In this document: positions 7,977 through 15,049 of the stretch, piece by piece
Layout: each line of letters begins with the position of its first letter
Numbering within the stretch: the stretch's first letter is position 1
Assembly (NCBI GenBank): GCA_001873945.1
Contig: MNYI01000174.1
Coordinates: 1 to 47,684 of the forward strand
DNA: 47,684 nucleotides
Direction: 5' to 3'
DNA from: Candidatus Desantisbacteria bacterium CG2_30_40_21
GTDB lineage: Bacteria; UBA9089; CG2-30-40-21
Program-made: the position numbers and the translations under genes
Notes under the pieces: model-generated
Databases searched by the model: none
The model's input: the letters and a program-made list of their open reading frames with translations, nothing else
What the model was told of the DNA's origin: nothing

Positions 7977-8127
7977 GTCAAGAAAAAATAAGTTGTACAC
8001 CAAGAGTCACTGAGTCGTTTGGCTGGCAAAGCGTGAGAAGCGAGCATACTACTGTATGTAAGCGACGAACAACGGAGCCAGCCAAGATGAATCGGTGGCA
8101 CGACTGTATAAGTTATTTTTTCTTGAC
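7977..8127. mobile_element. MITE-like element, family B, copy 1 (intercistronic)
   Basis: TIRs GTCAAGAAAAAATAAGTTGTACA / TGTATAAGTTATTTTTTCTTGAC. Second copy at 36474-36600 shares both ends and the core CTGTATGTAAGCGACGAACAAC..GCCAGCCAAGATG.ATCGGTGGCACGACT. Confidence 0.8.
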
Positions 8128-8137
8128 GACTTACCTC

Positions 8138-8437
8138 CTATAACCAGATTAACTTCTCATAATCATTCATCATCAAATCCACGACATCCTCATAAGTAAC
8201 GACATTTACCCTACTATCTATTTCAGAAGTAGTAAATCCCCTTGTTTGAATATCGGAGGCTAAGGCATAATAATTTACGCCTTTTTTTTGCAACACCCCT
8301 GAATCCCTGCCATTTTCATGGATTACTGCATGATACACACCATTTTCAACGAAAAATATACCAAGCCCTTCACCGTTCAATCTCTCCAGCATACTATCAT
8401 TTTTCTGACAATCACTAACAAATACCCCCAGCCTCAT
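8138..8437 (-). CDS. DsrH/TusB-like protein
   Basis: 99 aa with GIFFVENGVYHAV.. and ..YYALASDIQTRGF.., typical of DsrH/TusB. Confidence 0.7.
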   Translation of the reverse strand: MRLGVFVSDCQKNDSMLERLNGEGLGIFFVENGVYHAVIHENGRDSGVLQKKGVNYYALASDIQTRGFTTSEIDSRVNVVTYEDVVDLMMNDYEKLIWL

Positions 8438-8438
8438 C

Positions 8439-8687
8439 CTACTCCTCCTTTTTGATCAAGAGTCGAAAGGTAGCGTCAGAGTTTTCAATAACCTCAACAG
8501 GATACTTCTTCTTCTGGCAAAAATTAGGAATAGATTCAGTAGCCGCTGGCTTGTAATCAGTTATAACCTCAAGAACCTGACCTGTTTCTATCCCCTTCAA
8601 GGCATCCCTTACCTCCATCACCGTATAAGGACAAATCTTGCCCGTGATGTCTACCACACTATCTATCTTACAACCTGCTAATCCCAT
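8439..8687 (-). CDS. tusA: TusA/SirA-family sulfur carrier
   Basis: 82 aa with DITGKICPYTVMEVRDALK. Confidence 0.85.
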   Translation of the reverse strand: MGLAGCKIDSVVDITGKICPYTVMEVRDALKGIETGQVLEVITDYKPAATESIPNFCQKKKYPVEVIENSDATFRLLIKKEE

Positions 8688-8748
8688 TTATTTTTTACCT
8701 CCATTAAGAAACAGGGGCAGACACAGGAGGCTGCCCATTACCTGCAAT

Positions 8749-8899
8749 GTAACCGTTCACAACTAATAATATTTTAACACAGAGTTTGCAGAGACGACAG
8801 AGGGACACAGAGCTTAAATTCCAATCATCATACGATCTGAGCCGATTGTCCTCTTTCTCTGTGTCCTCTGTGTCAAAAATATAGACTGTGAACGGTTAC
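8749..8899. mobile_element. MITE-like element, family D (intercistronic)
   Basis: TIRs GTAACCGTTCACA / TGTGAACGGTTAC. Internal CACAGAG-type repeats. A half copy lies at 29033-29100. Confidence 0.75.
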
Positions 8900-8906
8900 C
8901 CTACAA

Positions 8907-9164
8907 TCAAGCGAGATTTACCACCTTATTTCCCACAATCAAATCAACTAACTGTGGATAGCCAATGCTCTCAGCCTTTCCAGCCAATCTATCCTTTAAT
9001 CCTCTTGCATGGACATCATCCTCCATGGCATAAACCTTACCATGCATGGTAGAGGGATTAAGATAGACGCCATCCTTAATAAGTACAACCTTTGCATCAC
9101 TATCCATTGCTGATACTGAGGCTGCAATCTCACCATTTGGCTTATCAACTAAATAAAGAGCCAT
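8907..9164 (-). CDS. DsrH/TusB-like protein
   Basis: 85 aa with VVLIKDGVYL.. and ..VYAMEDDVHARGL.. Confidence 0.7.
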   Translation of the reverse strand: MALYLVDKPNGEIAASVSAMDSDAKVVLIKDGVYLNPSTMHGKVYAMEDDVHARGLKDRLAGKAESIGYPQLVDLIVGNKVVNLA

Positions 9165-9177
9165 ATCTGTTCACCTC

Positions 9178-9528
9178 CTACCAATCGAGAATAAATTCAG
9201 CATCACTGTATAATTTATCAGAGTCTGCCCTTGGAATAATACTCATATCCATAGCTATTTCATCCTGAGATACCCCTCTTGCATCTAAGTCTTCCTTGAC
9301 CACGAAGTATTTTACCCCTGCCTTCTTGAGTGTACCCTCATAACCAAGGTTTTCTGCCCTGTCCGCACCCTTCAAGGCATAGTAAACCCCATCACCCTGT
9401 AAGAGCAAGGTTACCTCATGTTCATCAATCCCAGCGGTTGCTCCAACAGCCGCACGCCATCCTTCGGTATAGAAGACATTACCATATGGCGTTCTATTAA
9501 ATTGATAAAGCAATTTTCTTGTTGCCAT
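9178..9528 (-). CDS. DsrF/TusC-like protein
   Basis: 116 aa with LLLQGDGVYYAL.. and ..YFVVKEDLDARGV.., and no active-site Cys, as in TusC/DsrF. Confidence 0.75.
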   Translation of the reverse strand: MATRKLLYQFNRTPYGNVFYTEGWRAAVGATAGIDEHEVTLLLQGDGVYYALKGADRAENLGYEGTLKKAGVKYFVVKEDLDARGVSQDEIAMDMSIIPRADSDKLYSDAEFILDW

Positions 9529-9556
9529 TAATCCTTCACCTCCTTTTCCTTCTCTA

Positions 9557-9916
9557 TTACAGCGTTACCAGCGTATCGCACTCGCCCATAATGTCCGCAA
9601 AGTCCGGCAATCCACCAACCTTGACACCCTCAATAAATTCCTTGCCACCTTCCAGACCTCGTCCATTGACGCAAATACCACAACAGATGATTTTAGCTCC
9701 CTTTTCCACCACCTTCTTTATTCCTGAGACAGGTAGATTTTCCTCTGTTGTTCCAGGAAACTTCTGGTGTTTGATGGGGTTATAGACGCCATCAAGGTAA
9801 AAGAACGCCTGTACCTCATGCCCTTTGTCCAATGCAGCATCAGCTATTTTGGTAAATACCTTGTAGTTTTCCGTCTGCCATGGACCTTCAGTCAGCAACA
9901 TCCCTATTTTTGCCAT
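9557..9916 (-). CDS. DsrE/TusD-like sulfurtransferase subunit (Cys-bearing)
   Basis: 119 aa with KIICCGICVNGRGL active-site region. Confidence 0.8.
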   Translation of the reverse strand: MAKIGMLLTEGPWQTENYKVFTKIADAALDKGHEVQAFFYLDGVYNPIKHQKFPGTTEENLPVSGIKKVVEKGAKIICCGICVNGRGLEGGKEFIEGVKVGGLPDFADIMGECDTLVTL

Positions 9917-9937
9917 ACGATTTCACCTCCTTTTTTC

Positions 9938-10285
9938 TTAAAATCCTATAACCACATCCGCATTCCTGATAATCTGATTGATTTCAGCTCGTGGTCTTGT
10001 AATTATAGCAGAATTATCAACCTTGATCCCCCGATCAATCAATGCCTCTTCCTCAGCCATTAACTCCGCCTCCATCATCAACAAGGTTTCTACATGCTTA
10101 TCAAGCTCCTGATTTTTGGCTGCCTGACAATCCAGAGAGGCTGCGGTCCAGACCCCATCATTTATAAAAAGCACCTGAACCTTATTTTCGTCCTCAATAG
10201 TTAATCCCACAGCACACCTTAATGCTTCAGCATTGCCAATGGTATTAAAGGGCAATGCGTAAATAACAACAGCTATCTTTTTCAT
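9938..10285 (-). CDS. DsrF/TusC-like protein
   Basis: MKKIAVVIYALPF.. DsrE-fold protein without the active-site Cys context. ATG at 10285 lies 1 nt after the upstream stop, with GGAGGG inside the upstream gene end. Confidence 0.65.
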   Translation of the reverse strand: MKKIAVVIYALPFNTIGNAEALRCAVGLTIEDENKVQVLFINDGVWTAASLDCQAAKNQELDKHVETLLMMEAELMAEEEALIDRGIKVDNSAIITRPRAEINQIIRNADVVIGF

Positions 10286-10286
10286 C

Positions 10287-10616
10287 CTACCCTCCAAAGC
10301 TCAAAAATCTATCGCTTTCATTAACCATAACTGCTAACTCATACTGACCAGCATATTTTACCCCAGTCAGGCAATCATCCTCTTCAACCCCGCGTTCCTC
10401 AGCAGTATGTCCGCAAATGGCAAGAAATGCACCCGCATCCCTTAACCCTGCAAACCGGGAAGAAATCTTATTCTTTGCTACCACATTGTAAACCCCATCA
10501 TCCATCATAAACAGGCTTACCTCATGCCCAGCTCCCAGAGCAGCCGTAGCCAGATTAATGACTGTCCCGGCATTCTGGTTCTCTGGACTGGTGGTTAATA
10601 ATATTCCCATTTTCAT
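10287..10616 (-). CDS. DsrE-like sulfurtransferase (Cys-bearing)
   Basis: 109 aa with MKMGILLTTSP.. and ..FLAICGHTAEERGV.. Confidence 0.75.
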   Translation of the reverse strand: MKMGILLTTSPENQNAGTVINLATAALGAGHEVSLFMMDDGVYNVVAKNKISSRFAGLRDAGAFLAICGHTAEERGVEEDDCLTGVKYAGQYELAVMVNESDRFLSFGG

Positions 10617-11053
10617 GATGCAACACCCTCCTTCATAGTTACAATTCCCTCACTTATCCATCTGATAATATCCTCAAGGGTAACATTTTCTGATATATTT
10701 TCTAATTTTTCGGTTATTCTTTCCCAAAGGCTACAGATTATTTCATCTATCATCTGATTGGTCTTTATCTCCTCAGACGGACGAATCTCAATAGGTGCTT
10801 CCACTGCCTCTGCAATCTGTTTAATGGTCACCATTGATGGCAAACCTTTAAGGATATAGCCACCCAATACCCCGCCCCTGACACTCTCCAGCAGCCCGGC
10901 ATGTTTTAACTTATTGAGAATTTGCGATACAAATGGAAAGGAGATATTCTGCCGATGGGCAATATCATTTCCTGTAACAGTGTTACCTTGCCCCTGTACC
11001 GCAATATCAGTCATAATTACAATAGCATAGTGTACCTTAATTGGGAGTTTCAT
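10613..11053 (-). CDS. Rrf2-family transcriptional regulator
   Basis: N-terminal winged-helix typical of Rrf2/IscR/BadM (VHYAIVIMTDIA..ISFPFVSQILNKLKHAGLLESVRG). 4-nt overlap with the next gene. Confidence 0.85.
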   Translation of the reverse strand: MKLPIKVHYAIVIMTDIAVQGQGNTVTGNDIAHRQNISFPFVSQILNKLKHAGLLESVRGGVLGGYILKGLPSMVTIKQIAEAVEAPIEIRPSEEIKTNQMIDEIICSLWERITEKLENISENVTLEDIIRWISEGIVTMKEGVAS

Positions 11054-11104
11054 CCAAAAGCCTTCTTTTGTTGAGCAGTTTACTTATAAATATTTTACTT
11101 ATAT

Positions 11105-11134
11105 ATAATACCATTAATATTACCAATTTGTCAA
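11105..11134 (-). promoter_or_regulatory. sigma70-type promoter for the rrf2/sulfur-relay operon
   Basis: On the minus strand: TTGACA (11134-11129), 18-nt spacer, TATTAT (11110-11105). Confidence 0.5.
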
Positions 11135-11185
11135 ATGAATAATTCTCATATCATTATGATAAAAATTCATACCAAAAAATAATTA

Positions 11186-11214
11186 TTGACAGCATTGCTC
11201 AAGTATGTTATCAT
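11186..11214 (+). promoter_or_regulatory. sigma70-type promoter for the divergent LysR gene
   Basis: TTGACA (11186-11191), 17-nt spacer, TATCAT (11209-11214). Confidence 0.5.
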
Positions 11215-11240
11215 TTGAGATTAAGTGGTATAGGAGGAAA

Positions 11241-12139
11241 ATGATGGATGATTTTACTTTGCGAGTATTTCATAAGATATCTCAATTAAAAAGCTTCTCT
11301 AAGGTGGCTGATGAATTATATATTACACAATCTGCGGTCAGTCGGCAGATAAAGAATTTAGAGGATAAGCTGGTGGTCAAGTTGTGCCTGAGAGAAAAAG
11401 AGGGGATTTCACTCACTGAAGAGGGCAAGATACTGCTTGGCTATGTGGAAAAGATACTGGTTCTTTATGAAAAGGCGAGAAAGGATATAGACCATTTCAG
11501 GCATACCAGTCTGAATAAAATAATTGTTGGCGCCAGTACTGCTTTGGGTGAATATGTCTTACCCAGGATAATCAGTTCCTTTAACAAAAGACACCCTGAG
11601 GCAGATATTTATTTGCGGGTAGCAAATACTGGCGAGATATTGAAGCAATTAACAGCTAATGCCTTTAATTTGGCATTGGTTGAAGGGATGTTTGATACCC
11701 CTGGATTTATTGTGGAAAAGGTATTTGAGGATGAATTGGTGCTTATTGTTTCTGCCAACCACTCATGGACAGAAAAAAACAGATAAATTTTCATGAATTA
11801 CGCTCCGAACCAATCATCATCAGGGAAGAAGGTTCAGGCACAAGAAAGATAATGGTTGAGGCATTAGCTAAGATTGGGGTAGAAATTTCTGATTTAAGGA
11901 TCAGGATGGAACTTGATTCAACAGAAGCGGTTAAGAGTGCGGTTGCCGAAGGGCTTGGTATCTCCTTTGTCTCAAGGTCTACCCTGATTAAAATGTCAGA
12001 AGATATACGAATAGTCCCTATAGCTAACATTGACCTTCATTTTAACTTCAATCTTATCTACAGCCGGGAAAGGGGGCTTACCTCTTTAACCCTTGAGTTG
12101 ATAGAGTGCTTAAAGGAAAGGTTCTCTGGTCTTAATTAA
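11241..12139 (+). pseudogene. LysR-family transcriptional regulator, frame broken in an A7 run (11773-11779)
   Basis: HTH part FSKVADELYITQSAVSRQIKNLE in ORF 11205-11786 (true start ATG 11241 after AGGAGGA). The substrate-binding half ..EPIIIREEGSGTRK.. is in ORF 11765-12139. One extra A gives continuous ..NHSWTEKKQINFHELRSEP.. Confidence 0.85.
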
Positions 12140-12193
12140 CTTTCCTGTTCGTGTACATTAAGAGAAACTTCAGAACTTCCGCAGTTTTAAGCT

Positions 12194-14782
12194 TCAAAAC
12201 TTCTTATCTTCTGGCCTGACGATAATCACTGTGCATTTATTATCCTGCAAATACTTATTTGCCACCCGTTTTATATCATCCTTAGTAACGGAATTAATCC
12301 TTATCCTGAATCTTTCCACCTCTTCATATCCAAGCCCATACAGCTCATTCAGGGCACAATCAAACCCATGAGCAGAATTTGTCTCCTGTGCCTGCAAGTG
12401 CTCGCCAATCAGGAATGTTTTTGCCCTTGATAACTCCTCATCTGACACGGCTTCATTACGGATCATTCCAATTTCTTTTTTTATTCCTTCAAGTGCAGCA
12501 TCTACCTTGTCGCGGCTTGTGCCAATGTAGAAAACATATGCCCCTGGTGAAAGCCCAAGAATAGAAAACACACCAACATAGTAGGCTAATCCATACTTAT
12601 CCCGCAGATTAACAAAGAGTCTGGATCCATTGCCGGAAAGGATGGAACTCATCACATCAAAGACATATTTATCCGGATCCATTATCCCTATCCCTGGGAA
12701 CCCGAGCAGGATAATGGTTTGTTCCTTATCCTTTTCCTGTATTACCTGTTTTGCTCCCTTTTGCTCTGGCTCATCTGGAAGGTTAATTTGTGATAAATTC
12801 TGCCCCTTTATTCCCATCCATATTCCTTCAACCCTTTGTCGTATCTCCTGTGCCTTTACATCCCCAAAAACAGCCAATACCATATTCCCTGGCTGACAGA
12901 ATCCTTGATGAAAGGCAATCAAATCATTACGGGTTAATTCCCTTACTGACTCCTGAGTGCCAAGACTATTATGCCGATATGGATGATTCTGCCACATATT
13001 TTCTCGCAATATCCTCACGGCATAGCTAAATGGATCATCATCTTGTGATTTAATAGCAGCAAAGACTGCCCTTCTCTCTTTTTCCATTTCGTCCACTGGA
13101 AAAGATGGATTAAGTAAAACATCTGAAAGCAACGAAAACCCTAAATCCAGATCCTCTTTTAATACCTTAACTGAGCAACCAAGGCTATTATTGCCGCCAT
13201 AGCTTGAAATAGCACCACCACGGGACTCTATTGCCTCGGCTATCTGTTTTGCGGTATGATTTTTAGTGCCCTTGAGCATCATTTTTTGCAAGAGGTTACA
13301 TACCCCTTCCTTGCCTTTTTCTTCAAACAATACCCCTCCCTTAAACACTGCATGTATGGAAACAATTGGCAGGCTATCATCCTCAAATACTAATAAAACC
13401 AATCCATTATCCATTACAAACTTTTGGATCTTTGGCTCTACTTTTACTTGTATGCTTGGACTTATTACCTTTTCTTTAACCTTTGGCTTTAAGATGCCAA
13501 TCGTTAGATTATCCTCGCAAAGGTATTGTTTGGCTACGCGTTTAATATCATCCTTAGTCACCAATCCTACCCCTTTCACATAATCCTTATTAAAGTTGAT
13601 ATTCCCACAAACATATTCATTAGAGGCAATATCTGCGGCTTGAGACTCCACTGTTTCCTGAGAAAAAATAGAGGAGGCAATAACCATTTGTCTTGCCTTT
13701 TCCAGCTCCTCATCTGTAATATCCCCTTGAGCTAATTTTTTTATATTCTTCCAGATAGTTTTCTGTGCCTTTTGAAGATTTTCCGGCTCAAGGGCAGCAT
13801 TAATCCCAAAAAGACCTGGATATTGCGGTGTATATGACCAGGCATCAATTGAATATACTATTGATTCTCTCTCCCGCAAGTCTTGATAAAGTATAGATGA
13901 TTTACCATGACCAAGGATAATAGCCATCACATCTAAGGGATACAAATCCCTGCTTCTGATATCCGGAATATGGAAAGCCATCTCTAAGTATGCTACCTTT
14001 ATATCCTTCTCTTCCTCAAACTTTTTTTTACCAATCTGCATAGGTTCTTGAGGGATATATACTGGTGATATTGAATTTCTCTTTCCATCATTAAAGTATT
14101 GCTTTATATTTGCCAGCATCCTGCTTTTGTTAAAATCACCCACAACAGAGAGTATCATATCGTTTGGCACATAAAATCGCTGATGATATTTTAATAGGTC
14201 ATCCTTAGTTAGTTGAGAAAACAATTCCTTGTACCCAATTATCGGGTGTTGGTATGGGTGATGAGAAAATGCCTCCTGCCATATCTTTCTGGAGAGGTAC
14301 TTGTCAGGATCATCCTTGCACATATCCATCTCTCTGAGAATAACATCCTTTTCCTTTTTCATTTCTACTTCATCAAATGTTGAATTCATGGCAGCATCAG
14401 CTAATATATCCAGACCAATCTCGGCTTTATCTGCTGGCATAACCATATGATAAACCGTTCTATCCATAGAGGTATATCCACCCATATCACCCCCGGCAGC
14501 ACTCATCTGGCGACCTATATCCCCTACCCCTCTCCTTTTTGTACCCTTAAACAGCATATGTTCCACAAGGTGAGATATTCCACTTCCCATATACTCCCCT
14601 TCATGAATACTGCCTGTCTTTACCCATAATTGCAAGGCAACAAGTGGGGCAGTATGCACCTCCTTGAGAACAACCACAAGACCATTGTCCAATACAAACC
14701 TTTCTGGTTCACCTGCATGGATTGGTTGAGAGAAAGATACTGATATTGTTAGAAATAACAATATAATTCTTAGGTAATACAT
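12194..14782 (-). CDS. secreted M16-family (insulinase/pitrilysin-like) zinc protease, tandem double module
   Basis: 862 aa. N-terminal signal-like hydrophobic segment. HxxEH motif in GISHLVEHMLFKG. A second M16-like half lacks the motif. Confidence 0.85.
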   Translation of the reverse strand: MYYLRIILLFLTISVSFSQPIHAGEPERFVLDNGLVVVLKEVHTAPLVALQLWVKTGSIHEGEYMGSGISHLVEHMLFKGTKRRGVGDIGRQMSAAGGDMGGYTSMDRTVYHMVMPADKAEIGLDILADAAMNSTFDEVEMKKEKDVILREMDMCKDDPDKYLSRKIWQEAFSHHPYQHPIIGYKELFSQLTKDDLLKYHQRFYVPNDMILSVVGDFNKSRMLANIKQYFNDGKRNSISPVYIPQEPMQIGKKKFEEEKDIKVAYLEMAFHIPDIRSRDLYPLDVMAIILGHGKSSILYQDLRERESIVYSIDAWSYTPQYPGLFGINAALEPENLQKAQKTIWKNIKKLAQGDITDEELEKARQMVIASSIFSQETVESQAADIASNEYVCGNINFNKDYVKGVGLVTKDDIKRVAKQYLCEDNLTIGILKPKVKEKVISPSIQVKVEPKIQKFVMDNGLVLLVFEDDSLPIVSIHAVFKGGVLFEEKGKEGVCNLLQKMMLKGTKNHTAKQIAEAIESRGGAISSYGGNNSLGCSVKVLKEDLDLGFSLLSDVLLNPSFPVDEMEKERRAVFAAIKSQDDDPFSYAVRILRENMWQNHPYRHNSLGTQESVRELTRNDLIAFHQGFCQPGNMVLAVFGDVKAQEIRQRVEGIWMGIKGQNLSQINLPDEPEQKGAKQVIQEKDKEQTIILLGFPGIGIMDPDKYVFDVMSSILSGNGSRLFVNLRDKYGLAYYVGVFSILGLSPGAYVFYIGTSRDKVDAALEGIKKEIGMIRNEAVSDEELSRAKTFLIGEHLQAQETNSAHGFDCALNELYGLGYEEVERFRIRINSVTKDDIKRVANKYLQDNKCTVIIVRPEDKKF

Positions 14783-14819
14783 TATGTTTCCTCCTTAATA
14801 TTATTTACCTTTGTTTATT

Positions 14820-14913
14820 GTAACTACTCAGCCGCTGATGGACACAAATGGACGCTGATGGACACAAATAATAAAAGAAAAAATATTAGCGTCCATCTGT
14901 GGCTGAGTAATTA
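14820..14913. mobile_element. MITE-like element, family G (GTAACTACTCAG termini)
   Basis: GTAACTACTCAGCCGCTGATGGAC ... GTCCATCTGTGGCTGAGTAATTAAC, with an internal tandem duplication of GCTGATGGACACAAAT. Related termini at 25343, 47404-47598 and 47607. Confidence 0.65.
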
Positions 14914-14983
14914 ACTATACCATAAATTAATCTGAATTGCAATATATTTTTCAGCCAAGAGAGCACAGTTTGAATTTTTTTTC

Positions 14984-15012
14984 TTGACAAACCCTACAAT
15001 TCAGTGTATTAT
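14984..15012 (+). promoter_or_regulatory. sigma70-type promoter for aspS
   Basis: TTGACA (14984-14989), 17-nt spacer, TATTAT (15007-15012), overlapping TATAAT at 15010-15015. Confidence 0.5.
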
Positions 15013-15049
15013 AATCAATTATCAATAACACTTAAAAAGGGGCAATATC

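Noticed and set aside
15013-15049. Possible T-box or other leader upstream of aspS
   Set aside because: The distance from the predicted -10 to the ATG is only ~35 nt, far too short for a T-box.
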